A DNA stretch of 64,000 bases, from positions 2,492,902 through 2,556,901 of the forward strand of contig OZ287694.1 of the NCBI GenBank assembly GCA_965649825.1, read 5' to 3'. The notes under the pieces were generated by a model. It was not told where the DNA came from. It saw only the letters and a program-made list of their open reading frames with translations, and did not search any database. Shown here piece by piece: positions 12,502 to 27,302 of this stretch. This DNA is from Penicillus capitatus (taxonomy: Eukaryota > Plantae > Chlorophyta). Position numbers and translations under genes: made by a program. Position 1 is the first letter of the stretch, and every line of letters begins with the position of its first letter.

Positions 12502-15472
12502 TCACATCATCTTATTGCCGGGTCTCTTCCAGTCACCACTCTTGTGCAGCAATGTCGCACAGAGGACAGACAGATCGGTGACAATGAGAAAGGCGAGTTC
12601 GAAAACGAATTTGGGAGCAAAGGTTCGATAGGTCCACAGATGACGTCTCATGATGTTGGCACTTGTCATAGAGAGAAAGAGAAGATAGCTACGAGCAGTC
12701 AGATAGGCAGAAAGGACATGCTGCGATGGCGCATAGGGAGGGCACAGACAGGAGAGGAGAAACGGCATGAGAATCCATCCACTAAATGTCTCTAGAGCCA
12801 GGAGCATGCCGGATGTGTAGTACTCAAAGTCAGGGAATCCGATGAAAGCGGCTGTGAAATGAAGGCCGGAGAATTCACAGTAGTGTTCGGTGTGGAAGAA
12901 GACGTGCATAGCTGCGTAATGTCCGACGAGTCCAAATCCGAAGCTCTTCATTTCGGTCGTGTCGGATTCTCTGTTGCTAAAAATGAGGCTGCGAAAGGAG
13001 AGCAGTTCCCAGAGAGTTGCCGTCCACACGAGACACCCGATCTTGCCAGAAACCAGCAGGATGGATGGCAGAAGGTCCATACAGATCAGCAGACATGTCG
13101 TGTCTCGCTGTGGCTGCGAAGTTAAGAGATGCAGAAGCAGATGGACAGTCATGCTGCACAGAGAGATGAGATATACCAACTGTGCGATGGAGTTGGGATC
13201 GACGACTGTCCAATCCACTTTCAGATCTCGCTGCATCCAGTTCCATCCCACCAGAAAGAGATTCGCTGCAAAGAGACAGAAGGACAGTGAATGTCGAATA
13301 CTGCTCTCCGTTTCTAGTGGACTCTGTCTTTTGCCTTGTTGGCGGTACAATCGGTGTAGTGTTGTTCCGAGCAGTGGTAGAAAGATATACCCGGCCACTG
13401 GAATCCATGAACTCTCTTTGTGCGACGAGTGGCTTGTGTTGCTGGAACTGTGTCTGACAGTTCCGACGAATCCCATCACTGTGCTCGAGAGAAAGATGGC
13501 GGAGAGGCAAAGCCAGAGCGAATGTTGGATGGGCATTTGTCGCCTCTTCTGCAGATGATCCCGTGCAAGTAGCAATGCCAAACAGGCCGTGAACATTCCT
13601 ACAGATCCACTGCCATTCACCGCTTGCACGATCATCACAAGGCACAAACGCACCGGCGATGTGACCCTCCTGCTCGATGAAACTGTTCGAGAAATAGGTA
13701 AAGCCATGGAGCAACAAGAGCGTGCCAAGGGTATGAGCTGATCTGGATGCTCTCCTCCACAACCGTCTAGACAGAATCTGCGTGTGAAAACAGAGACGGT
13801 AGTGCCCCACCTGATGTTTTTTGTCTGTACATAGAGTGCCGCAGCGAAGAGGGCAATTCCAAGTAGACTGGAAACGCTATCGAACTGTGTCCAATGCGTT
13901 CGAGCGAAGGCAACAGCAGCATCCAGATACTCCACATACAACCTGCAAGGATGGATCGAAGAGAGATCCGTCACTCTGAATTCCCATCGTACGTCGCGTT
14001 GTCCATCTGTCCGACAGCTCGTGCATAGAGATCGTTGAATTCTCGAACATGTTTCTGAAAGGACCCTTTGGCAGCCTTGGCGTATGCGTTGAAGTAGCGA
14101 TCCACCTGCCAAGCATTGATCTGAAGGAAGGACAGCAGATCACGGGGATCGTCTGCCCGCTGTCTTAGATTCAGGAGTTGGAGAGATGCTTTGCCAACGC
14201 TTCCGTACGGGACAGGAACGTCCAATAGAAAAGCCAGCGTTGGTGCCAGGTCGATCTGTTCCATCTCGTGAATCTGCAGATGCTCGAGACAGCTGGACGA
14301 CAGAGACGTCGTTCTTGCGGACAGCCTTTCATCTCTGAGTCGTGCAACGTCGACAGCCAGCAGCACTGACTCGATTTCTTCCCGACTTCCACTTCCATGT
14401 GTCCCATCCAATGTCATTCCATGATCACCAAACACAAGGAGAAGCGTCTTCTCGTGGCCGAGCTGTGGCTGATCGATGAGTTGGATCAGAAAGTCTGAGA
14501 TCTCGGCGTCCATTTGATCGAGTTTTTCTGCGACTCCTGGACTCTCGATCGTAAACATGTGCCCGGCGTGATCAAGTCCAACGTAATGTCCAGCCGCAAA
14601 ATCCCACAACTCTGATCGGTTCAGCACGAGTGGATAGAATTCCTGTCCACAGAAGCGTCTCAGACACAGATTCCCTGACCCCTTGCAGAACGCAAACCGT
14701 CCGGACAGCGTTGTCGACAGTGTGCAGATCTTCGATGTTGAAGGATTCGTAAGGTATTGAGACGTCCAGCACGTCATGAAAAAGTGCATCCCACGTGTCG
14801 TCCCCAACGAAAACCTAGAAAACGACCCGAGTGCGCCACAGACGGCCGAGATGGGTTTGTCACACAAGTCGCTTTCCGCGTTGCTTTAGCTGTTTCAAGA
14901 GATTGTCTTCCGTGACCTGCTTGCCAGAGAAACTCTCGCTCACATCCATCAATGTCGGAAGACTGCCCTAAAGCGGCAAAACGGTGAACGACGGATGGCC
15001 TGCAGTGGGAAACATGTGTGATTACGGTAAACATTGCTTTGAGCCGTTGCATGGTTCCCGTTGGCGTATCGGCGATGAACTTGAAAATCAACGAAGCTTT
15101 ACTCTACGTGCTCCGTGTGCTTCTCTCATACGTATGCTCACACTTTACCCCATTTGTTTGGAGAAGATCCAGAAGCTTCGGAAATCGGGCGACGTGAAGA
15201 GGGCGCTCTCCTGGTCGTTGACAGTCTTCGTCGACCACCGCATCAAAACGAAGCGCATCGACGACAATGACGACCACACGATCGTAGCTCGATTCCTTCC
15301 AACAAACCGACGACGCGCTTGACCGCGTTACTGGAATCGGGTCCCAACAATGGCTGTGCTGCGGCAACTCGATCCGCGTTAAGAGATAACCTCTGCAGAA
15401 AAGGAAGAGTGCGACGGCATGGAGACAGAGAACGCAACAGGCGACGCCGAGATGACGAAACGGGAATACCAT
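12502..15472 (-). CDS. PIGO: GPI ethanolamine phosphate transferase 3 (PIG-O); may be N-terminally extended (see findings)
   Basis: GYLLTRIEL, VVVIVVDALRFD, ADTPTGTMQRLKA, HYVGLDHAGH, GDHGMTLDGTHG, multi-TM C-terminus ending RRHLWTYRTFAPKFVFE. Confidence 0.93.
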
Positions 15473-15591
15473 TGACGGAAGTCGTGCTGCGTTCTCCTTG
15501 GGAGTCAGACACGTCACCTCCTGATGTGACGTCAATCCACCTGACTTGACTGGTATATTGTCAAACGCAGCGTATCACCTGGTGTGTGTAC

Positions 15592-15751
15592 TCCGGACGC
15601 TCGGCACTTTCTGACGCTTTCTGCGGAAGACGAATCCCGACTCGTCGTCACGAACGATCTCGAATCCTGGACCACGATCCACATCTCGTCGAGGCCTCGA
15701 CACGCGAAAGAGGGCACCCCCACCTTGAGAATCTCGGCGAATCGTGTGCAT
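15592..15751 (-). other. Duplicated DSN1 exons 1-2 (35 codons) directly upstream of PIG-O and spliceable in frame to it
   Basis: Encodes MHTIRRDSQGFEIVRDDESGFVFRRKRQKVPSVR. A GT..AG intron at 15591-15541 (51 nt) follows immediately. Confidence 0.6.
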
Positions 15752-16141
15752 CGCCGTCGTGCGTTTCTGCGCCGAAGCAGAGATCCGAGTCAGCAGAGTG
15801 CGTGTCAACTCAGGGAAGGCAACGCACTTTCTCCCAGTCGACGTTCTTCATCGGAGACCGGCCGCGTTGCTTAGCGCCAAGCAGTGGAGCCAACTAAGAC
15901 GACGTGCCAGAAATGGAACGTCATTAAACGGATTGAGATGGATGCCGTCGATGCGTTTTGGGATGCCTACGATGAGGAGGACCGTGCCGTCAAACGCGGC
16001 GTCGCTGCCGGAACAAGGTGAGTACACCCACCGCACCGTAAGGGAAGCCTCGGTGTCCGGCCTCGCTTGTAGACATGGAGAGCACCTTGGGTGGGTTGAA
16101 GGATGGCAACTGGGTGTCCGACATGGCTACACCGTCGGTAC
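15592..16141. repeat. Copy B of the inverted duplication (DSN1 5' fragment, promoter, LTO1 5' end)
   Basis: Reverse complement of 4417-4964. Confidence 0.95.
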
Positions 16142-16565
16142 TGGCAACTCCGTGAATCTCGCCTCACGCACATAAACACATCTCTTGTCTTTTACTAGGG
16201 GCTGAGATCGGGTTCTATGCCGGTACCTTGCACATGTTGAGAGAGTTCCAACGTGAATGCCCTGAGCAGTTCTCAGAGAAGGTCATAGATCCCACTCACT
16301 TTCTGGAAGAGAGTGAGCTTTGCCTTCGATGTTAGGTGGTCCGTTTGATGGGACGATTGGAATCGTTGATCGAGGCATTCCCACTTAGCAATGAGACAGT
16401 GCGCATAGGATCGTTTCTGTTCGCTGGGTTAAACGAACAGTATCTGTATAGGAGAGGGACTTGGAAGTCGAGAGGAACCGGATGACAGAAGTACACAAAC
16501 AGATCGTCGCAAACATGAACGTTGTTGTCACCGTTGCTTCCCCAACAGAAACCATGGATTTCTAG
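15938..16565 (+). CDS. LTO1: LTO1/ORAOV1 (Yae1-N family, Fe-S maturation adaptor)
   Basis: Spliced: ..GEHLGWVEGWQLGVRHGYTVGAEIGFYAGTL..LESLIEAFPLSNE..TMDF*, with the Gly-repeat pattern of the Lto1/Yae1 family. Confidence 0.85.
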
Positions 16566-16769
16566 TGTCGGCTTAAGCGGCATTTCACCTCTTCAAAAAC
16601 AAGAATGACTGTCTGTGAAAAGAAAGAGACTCTGGCATCGATTCCATCGACATGCGGATTGTCTCAAAAACAAAACTCCATGAATCAATCGTTTGGCTGG
16701 CTAAGTACAGAGAATCTTCATATGAAATGAACCATCTCTCGTCGATGTCGGCATTTGAATGGGATGCAC

Positions 16770-18275
<1,506 letters not shown>

Positions 18276-18440
18276 GCGATGGCAGAAGAGTGAGAGATGC
18301 ACTGTGCCATCATACACCGAGGGTGGTTTGAAGCGAGAAGTGCGTCTGTCTGTCTGGCCAAAGAGAACGTCGACGCAATCGTGCGACGAATTCGGATCAA
18401 ACGATGTATGCCCTAACCCAACATGCCGTCACATCACGAT

Positions 18441-19727
18441 TCATGTTTTTGCATATTTGGTCATGATCTGCTTTCGGAAACTCCTTAGATCCATGAGAAA
18501 GTCTCGAACGAAATGCGGACACAGACTGAGAATATTGTAAATGGGATCATCCTCATAGTAGATGTCCCTGGGATACTTGCGAATCAATACCCTCTGGATC
18601 ACCTTGGCGATGCGAACTGGAGGAGATGCTGAATCGTACAGATCTGAGAAAAATCGCTCGTAGGCTGTGAGAAACATTCGACCACCAAATCTCTGCATCA
18701 CATCGGATGGGCCATGCGAGAGCAATCGTGCAGCAGAGACCGGAATCTGACTGAGCGATCCTGTTCGGACAGGACCGGGTACAATTCGAATGACCTAGAC
18801 ACGAAGGCGCACATCAGAGTAAGCATCACTGTGCGGAGGGTATCGCACTTGGATGCCGAGTTCGATGAGTTCTTGCCTGAGGCCATCTGTGAAGGCAGCC
18901 ATGGCAGACTTGGATGCACAATAGGCTGTGTTGCCGGGTGAGCAGAGGAGTTCTGCCACACTGCTGATGTTGATGATCCTTCCGCCGTTGTATTTCTCGG
19001 CATCACCATGCATCAGCAATGGCAAAAATGCTTTGGTCACACGAATCACACCGAAAAAATTCACTTGCATCACACGAGTATAGACATCGATAGGCGTGAC
19101 TTCGACGAAAGATCCATCAAAGGCACCCGCATTGTTGATGATGGCGTAGAGCTTTCGATCAGCCAATCGTGATCGGACAACGTTGACGAAATCGCAGACA
19201 TCTGTGTCGGATGTGACATCTGCTTTCATAGAAATGAGATTGGATCTCTGTAGAGAATTCAGTTTCTGGACACCCCCCGCTGTAAGACATCCAGCAAAAA
19301 CGAGCACATCGGGAAACGCAGCAGAGATTATTGCCGCCGTTTCCACACCAATCCCCGAATCACACCCAGTGATAACAATCCCACAATTAGAAATCTCAGA
19401 GTCAAGTTTATCGAACGGTCTGCTCGATCGGAACAGGCGCCACAGATGGGCACAGATCAGAGGAGTCGACACCAAAAAGACAGAAGCACCCATAAGCGAG
19501 AAGAAGGATTTCATGAATCCCAGATAACGGTTGTCTGTGATGTTGGACAACGGCGACGATGGGGGTGTCTGTTTGCCGAGGACGCGAATCTCCATCTTCG
19601 ACGCTCCTCCTTTCTCTGAGAGCTTCTCGTTCACTCGGGGAAACATTTTGGAAAATGTATTCTGCAGAAACCCGATGGTGTCTCTGATGTAGAGCTTGGA
19701 CAGCCAATCATCGTCTTTGTCCGCCAT
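18441..19727 (-). CDS. Short-chain dehydrogenase/reductase (SDR9C / RDH-BDH1-like)
   Basis: VITGCDSGIG, NNAG, VNFFG, NISS, YCASK catalytic motif; N-terminal hydrophobic anchor. Confidence 0.9.
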
Positions 19728-19801
19728 TCTCGAAACGGCCTGCAACAAATCACCTTCGGATGATGATCAAATGATGATCCCATGATGCACAACGCCAGCT
19801 G

Positions 19802-20742
19802 ATGTCGGGTCAATCTGCTCTCCTAACCGAGCGATGGCTGCCCGGGAGGGCACGACCACATCTGAGCGAGACATGTATGCATCCTATGCACAAGGCGAAG
19901 AGGGGCCGTCTACGTCGACGAAGAACGACCTGTCAGTGTCACGGTCGCGAGATGTCGGTGAAGAGACTTGCTGTGTTTGTGTCTGGAACGGGATCGAATT
20001 TTCGAAAGATCCACGAATCCTGCAGGATGAAGAAGATCCAAGGAGATATCGTGCTATTGGTGACAAACAATCCAGACTGTCCGGCAGCTGTCTATGCCAC
20101 AGACAACGCCATTCCCACACACGTCTATCCATGTAGAGGCGCCGATGCTGCTCGCGATATTGCCTCTCTTGTCGAGACCGTCCGGGATCAGTACCAGACA
20201 GATCTGGTTATTCTTGCGGGTTACCTGAAGAAGATCCCTGCGGAGCTCATCCAGGAAAGCCTGCCTGTCGTCGTGAAATGTGATCTAATGATGATGTGAC
20301 TGACGTTCAGATGTATCCCAGGGCAATGCTGAACATTCATCCGGCACTGCTGCCTGCCTTTGGAGGCAAGGGGTTCTATGGAATGAAGGTGCATGAAGCT
20401 GTCCTTGCCTCCGGTGCCAAGTACTCGGGTATCCCTGCACACCTTGATCCTTGCTACCAACGAAACCATTCTCCAGGAGCAACGGTGCATTACGTGAACG
20501 AAGACTACGATCGAGGCGTGATCTTGGATCAGCGAGTGGTTCCTGTGCTGCAGAATGACACGGCAGCATCACTGGCTCAACGTGTTCTGAGACAAGTCTG
20601 CTCAGCCAGTACGAGAGGAAGGGTCATTGATGGTGTCTGTCCATGACAGGAACACGATCTGTACTGCAGTTGCATCTGTGCCTTGTGTGATGGCCGCGTT
20701 GTGTGGAATGATGACAACACGCCGTTTATTCAGAGCCGTTGA
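19802..20742 (+). CDS. purN: Phosphoribosylglycinamide formyltransferase
   Basis: LAVFVSGTGSNF, LAGYLK, LNIHPALLP, GATVHYVNEDYDRG, AQRVLRQEH. Start codon uncertain. Confidence 0.93.
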
Positions 20743-20815
20743 TGTTTGCCGTTGTCCTTTCGGAATTACGCACATCCGCCGCCATTCATCGCGGTCGCGT
20801 ATCAATGCCTCCTTC

Positions 20816-21990
20816 ATGAACCAAAGTGACACCAGAGAGTCGAAGCGCCCGCTGCGCTGGGGCATCATCGGCACCGGCTCTGTCGCGAAGAAATTCACAC
20901 AGGATGTCATACTCCACGCTTCGGCATTCGGCGAAATCGCATCCGTCCTGACACGGAATGTCGCACAGTCCAATAGTTTTCTAGAACAGTTCGGCCTGTC
21001 GAAGAATCGCGCCTTCTCCGATATGGATACATTTGCCGCGAGTGGAATCGATGTCTGCTATGTGGCGACACCGCACACGATGCATGTCGATATGACAATT
21101 CAGTGCCTGGAACGCAATCTCCACGTCTTGGTTGAGAAGCCCTTCTCCCTGACCCCCGAGGGACTGACCCGTGTCTTCGATGTACGACTCGAATTAGGGT
21201 TCAGCAGCAGATTTGAGGTGTGGTGGATGGCTGTGTGATGCAGATTGCTCGACGTAAGAATCGCTTTGTCATGGAGGCCGTGTGGACACGATTCATTCCT
21301 GCCTTCCAAAGAGTGGTCGATATTATTCAGAGTGGTGGAATTGGAGATGTGGTCTCCATTGATGTCGATTTCGGTTTTGATGGAAGTGACAGTCCATCCC
21401 GACTCACGGATCCATCTCTGGCAGGAGGGGCTCTGTACGACATTGGCACCTATGCTCTGCATCTCGGCACCCTCTTCGCGCAGCCTCCTTCCCAGACAGA
21501 TATGCCAGAGATCATCCATACGACATCCAATAGACGAGAGAATGGAGTGGATGAAACATTCACTGCCATTCTAAGATATCCCACCTCCGTATGCCTGCCC
21601 TCTCCATTGAACTGCTGAATGGCGGCGATCGTGCTCTGATTAGGGTCAGCGTCATGTGCCGTTACACATGACACTGTCTATTGTGGAAGCTACGACATGC
21701 GTCGCCTATATCCGAGGCAACAAAGGATACATACTCATCGAGCAACCTTTCCATTCACCAGATTCCTTCATCCACAACGGTATGCATTGCCGCAGAGAGG
21801 TCGTTGCCGAAATGTGTGCGCAGGGAAGAGAGAAGAGATCAAGAGAGAGGGTCATGGAATGCATTATGAGACGAGGGAAGTCCACCGTTGCATTCTGAAC
21901 GGGAAGACGGAATCCGAAATCGTTCCTTGGAATGATAGTCTACGCTGGGCCCAAACATTCAGCAGACTCGCCTATTATGATCAGAAATAA
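20816..21990 (+). CDS. Gfo/Idh/MocA-family oxidoreductase (dihydrodiol dehydrogenase-like)
   Basis: [43 protein letters not shown]. Confidence 0.9.
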
Positions 21991-22061
21991 TTCATTCCGC
22001 GTTATTATCCTCATTAAACACGCATACGTCTGTTTTTCAATACGCCTGTCTGTTCGCGACG

Positions 22062-25026
22062 ATGGCTGCTGCCATTGGTGTTCTGCGACGCCATCGCGTC
22101 TCGCGTCTGCCGACGCTCTTCTTCGCGGGATCCAGTCCGATTCCAAGTCCTCTGATCTCTGCTGCTGTGCCTCTGGTGTGGCAACGGCCATCAGTGGCAC
22201 CTTCGACGCTTCTTTCCGGATCCAGTCTTTTCTCGCGATGGCTCAGTGAATTGTCCATGAAGACGGGAGAGGCGTCGGAAGCGGCAGACGATCTGGAAAG
22301 AGTACGCAATATTGGCATCAGTGCCCACATTGATTCGGGGAAGACCACCCTGACCGAACGCGTCCTCTTTTATACGGGCCGAATTTCGAATATGCACGAA
22401 GTGAGAGCCACCTGCTGTTGGAAGAGTGAGAGAGTGAGAAGTCAATAAACAGGTGCGCGGAAAGGACGGCATCGGCGCCACCATGGACAGCATGGAACTT
22501 GAAAGAGAAAAGGGTATGGAACACATACATTTCTGTTGAAGGTCACATCACTCTCTCACACAATACTTTAGGAATCACGATTCAGTCGGCAGCGACCTTT
22601 TGCAAGTGGAAGGACGTGGATATCAATATTATCGATACGCCAGGGCATGTGGATTTCACGATCGAAGTGGAACGTGCGTTGCGTGTACTGGACGGTGCCA
22701 TCCTCGTCGTCTGCAGGTGCGTCTGCTGTCCAACGGCGTCGATGGACTGAGACGACAGATATGGTGTGTCAGTGTGGGCGGTGTGCAGAGTCAGACGATC
22801 ACGGTTGACCGACAGATGCGTCGTTACAGTGTCCCGCGACTATGTTTCATCAACAAACTTGATCGAGCCGGGGCAAAACCGTGGAGCGTCATCGATCAGA
22901 TGCGATCCAAACTGAAACTTAATTGCGCTGCCGTGCAGTTTCCTATTGGACTGGAAGGCAATCACGAAGGAGTCGTTGATGTGATCCGTCATCGGGCCTT
23001 CTACTTTGACGGCGTGAAAGGTCGCCGGTCACACACTGTCTTTCTCAAAATGGATGGCGGCTGTTGGAACAGGGTCTGCTGTCCGAGAGGATGGAGTGCC
23101 GGATGCCTTACTGGCTGATGTTGAGAAGAAGCGAAACGAATTGATCCATCTGATCGCGGATGTGGATGACGAAGTGGGCGATCTCTTTCTCTCAGAAGAG
23201 GCTATTCCTTCGGATGTGTTGGTGTCTGCTATCCGACGGGCAACTGTCGCTCGGAAATTCGTGCCGGTCTTCATGGGTAGCGCCTTTAAGAACAAAGGTC
23301 ACGCGTGCTCGCCTCATTGAGTGACCGTGGCCGAGTGTTTGTCGTATCCTGCTAGGTGTGCAAGTCTTGTTGGACGGTGTACAAGACTTTCTACCTTCGC
23401 CGAATGAGGTGAAGAACGTGGCATTGGATGTGGATAACGATGAACAGCCCATAGGTCACACTTTGTCGACGATACTGTGACGACTCAGAGTGTGACATGC
23501 ATTAGACTTGGAATGCTCGCCGGATGGTCCCCTTGTGGCACTGGCCTTCAAACTGGAGGAAGGCAGATTCGGACAGCTAACCTATATGCGTCTCTACTCT
23601 GGGTATGACCTCTCCTCGCTGAGGACATCCTTATCGTCTATCTGCAGGACGATGAAGAAAAGCAGTTACATTGTGAACACCACGACCAAGAAAAAGATAA
23701 AGGTGCTCTGATGGATCGCGCTATCATGTGTTCTGGCATGTTTTGTCTTTCCACAGGTGCCCAGAATTGTCAAGCTCCATGCAGATGAACTCTCAGACAT
23801 TCCCGTTGCCAGGGCTGGAGATATTGTGGCGATGTTTGGCGTGGACTGTGCATCTGGCGACACGTTCACAGATGGCAGTGTTCGTTATGCCATGTCTTCT
23901 ATTCGAGTACCGGATCCCGTCATGTCTCTGGCCATTGTGCCTAAATCCAATCAGCAATCAGCTGCCTTCTCCAAGGCCCTACAGCGATTTCAGAAGGAAG
24001 ACCCAACATTCAAAGTCGGGCTCAACACAGAGACAGGAGAGACGATCGTCAGCGGAATGGGGGAACTGCACTTGGATGTCTACATCGAACGCATGCGAAG
24101 AGAATACAAGTATCTCGTGAAAGATCTCAGGAGTCCTTCTCTGGAGGCGGCGGCCATGTTTGTGCATCAAGGGTCGAGTGCGATGTTGGAAAGCCAAAGG
24201 TGAACTTTCGTGAGACGATTTCTGTTCAGGCAGATTTTGACTATCTGCACAAGAAACAGTCTGGAGGTTCAGGACAGTACGGCCGCGTAATTGGGTACAT
24301 TGAAACGCTGCCAGAGGGATCAACAGAGAAGCTGAAATTCACGAACAATATTCTCGGGAATGCCATACCGCCACAGTTCATGCCTGCTGTGGAGAAGGGA
24401 TTCATCGAAGCTGCCAATTCAGGTGGCCTCACAGGACACCCCGTTCAGGTATCATGGCATACCATACAGGTGGGACGTGCCTCTAGCGAGCAGCATAGGG
24501 CGTGCATTTCGTTGTGACGGATGGCGTTGCGCATGCTGTGGACAGTAGTGAGCTCGCTTTCAAGCTTGCAGCCATCAATGCCTTCAGGGAGGCGTTTAAG
24601 AAAGCAAAGCCCGTCATTCTTGAACCCATCATGAGCGTGGAAATCACCATCCCCGTCGAATTCCAAGGTAGCATCGATCTCTGAGACGACGACGCTGATG
24701 ATATGCCGTTGCCTTTAGGTGCGGTTATGGGCGATCTCAATAGACGAAAGGGCATCGTTCAAGACAGCAGACAAGATGGCGACGACGCCATAGTTACCGC
24801 AAAGATACCCCTTAACGAAATGTTTGGTTACTCGACAGCTCTAAGGTCTATGACTCAAGGTGAGGAATTGCCCCATCATCCGCTGACAAAGATCATAGGG
24901 GTGACCATTCCCTCTCTTTGTTCAGGAAAAGGAGAGTATGCTATGGAATACACAGAACATTGCAGAGTGTCTCAAGAAATGCAAAATCAGCTATTGAACG
25001 AATTCAGTCAGAAGCCACAGAAATAA
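22062..25026 (+). CDS. GFM1: Mitochondrial elongation factor G1
   Basis: [65 protein letters not shown]. Confidence 0.97.
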
Positions 25027-25084
25027 AGTTGACGATCGTCTTCTCTAGTGGATGGGCGCGAGTGCATGCGTTCTTGGTAAATGG

Positions 25085-26546
25085 TCAGTATAGAATCTGT
25101 CGAGGTGGACCAGATGGTGCTCTGTCTTTGAACACATCGCGGACATCGCGTGTATCGGCCTCCTTTGATCTGGCACGTGTCACAAGGACATCTTCATCTG
25201 ATGTGACTGTTGGTTGGAGTGGAGGGAACCTAGGGGGTGGTGGTGGTTGGGGCTCTCTGGGTCGCTTGTCTCTCGGACCTCGACGATCGGGGGAACGTTG
25301 CTGCCGTTCGTATCGATGCCGATCCGCAAGACGAGCACGTTCGCGAGATCGACTTCGCTCTCTCTTCTTGGCAACATCATAGGCATCCGACCTTCTCACT
25401 CTTCTAATGGAAAAGAATGAGTGACCATGAAGAGGGCTGAGACGTCGAATGGTCTGACCTTTCTGGTGATCGAGATTCCGATCTTCTCTCTCGTCTCTCG
25501 CGCTTTTCACGTTCGTGGTTCTTGAGTTTTTGGTTGAAGCTGTCACGAACACGGCCATCTTCGCGGACATTGGATCTGGAAACGCACGTCCAAGACCACT
25601 CTTAACGTCAAGAGAGTGATGATCGACCTATTAGGGGCACGCTGTGAAAAGGCGACAGAGAGAGATGCCTTCACAGACGCAGGTCTTCTATTGGGTTCAT
25701 CCACGCCTCTTCGATCCGCACCGCCTGAAATCCAATACACCGTTGGCAGGTCACATCACAAAGGAGCAAGCAGTAGTGGCCCACCGCATCCACCGTTCCC
25801 CTTTGCCTCCGTCCGCAATCCTCTCGATTTGAGTTCGACAGACATGAAATCTAATGATTTCTTGGGCACTCTCGGAAAGATCGTCTCAAAGTAGTACTGC
25901 ATTCACAGATGCCTTCACCAACATAAGAGAACGAGGCAATGCCGTACATGGCTCAACATGATGTCGAGAACGAAAGAGCCCATCGTCAATGACATTCCCG
26001 TAGGACTTGGAGAGAACGCCTGTAAAGGACGGGCCACTCCGCGATCTTATGTCTCGAGAACGCGCGTTATTACGGTGTACCTGTTCATCTGGAAAGTATG
26101 GCTCGTACCAATCCCACAGCTCCTTCGGGTCTCCAACATAGCGTAGATACAGAAAGCCGATCTGCAGCAAAGCTCATTGCTTCGCCTATCATCGGACTGG
26201 GTATCTTACCGCACGGATGTAGGGAGAATCGCCGTGGTCGAGCAGTTCCTGTATCTGCTCGGAGTCCAGCTTGAACAGAAACAGTCTGCGGGACAGGCAG
26301 ACAGTTGAGCAGAGATGCATCATCCAGGTGCTCTTACCTGTATAGCAGACAGAACGCTGTTGATGCGCCTCTTGCGTTGCCACTCATCCAGGGCTCGACG
26401 TGTTTAACGTTCAGGTATATTTCGTCGACCACGTCTTCGAAGCTGGCTAGATTCATGCATGTCTCTTTGAAGTAATCCGAAGTGAGAATGTTCTGGCGCA
26501 GGACGTTCTCTAGATTGTATGTCGTCTTGCTTCCGTGGATTTCCAT
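25085..26546 (-). CDS. PRP38: Pre-mRNA splicing factor PRP38 family protein with R/D-rich tail
   Basis: NLENVLRQNIL, VEPWMSGNARGASTAFCLLYR, DSPYIRAIGFLYLRY; C-terminal RSRSRER low-complexity region. Confidence 0.9.
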
Positions 26547-27302
26547 AATTGCGGTCTTCGTTGCGGCACCAACGACGACAGCGAAATGGGTATGATGTCC
26601 ATTTAGTGAGCAGGATGGCTAACATCCTGCTGTCTGCCATGGGACAGGAGCTGTCTGTCTAAGAGGGTCGGAAGACACACGCATCGCCATGTGAACCGGG
26701 AGAGAGGCCGCAGATGCAGTGGACGTGCCGTTTTCGTCGGTTTCTTAGCTGCGTCCGACAACAGAGTGACGGCATTAGGGGAAAGGGGGTCCGACGGTGG
26801 TGCCTGAGTGGATAGATTCTGGGTTTGTGTGTTCGAAGGGCTGTTTGAAATGTCCGGATCGCTGCTCGAGGATAGAGTGATGACCAAAACAATCGTACCG
26901 CCTGAAGTTCATCGAGAACCCTTAAGCCAAACCTGCATTGTACATAACTTCTGTAACGCGCGGACAATCCGTTGCCGTATAAGTCCATTAAAAGCAGCGT
27001 TTCGAAAAGACCCAGTCCGTCTGAGAAGAACGCCGTTCACAGTCACCCAACGCCCGTCATTCGACGTAGGCTGAGGCCCTACCGAAACGCACACAAAGCT
27101 GTCGCTCGACACGTGGTGCACTCGCCTTGTGGGATAAGCCGTCGTGGAAATGCTCTTTTCTTTTGTGCCGTGCTCGTTTCATTGGCTCAACGAACTCTCT
27201 GCGCCTTATGCATGTGACCTTTTCCTCACATCTTTCAGAATTCTTTGGCAGGAGACTCGACATTACATGTGTGCTGTTAGGAAGATGATCCGTTCATGCT
27301 CC

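Noticed and set aside
26600-27120. Possible small gene upstream of PRP38
   Set aside because: Several alternative spliced frames, none with recognisable homology.
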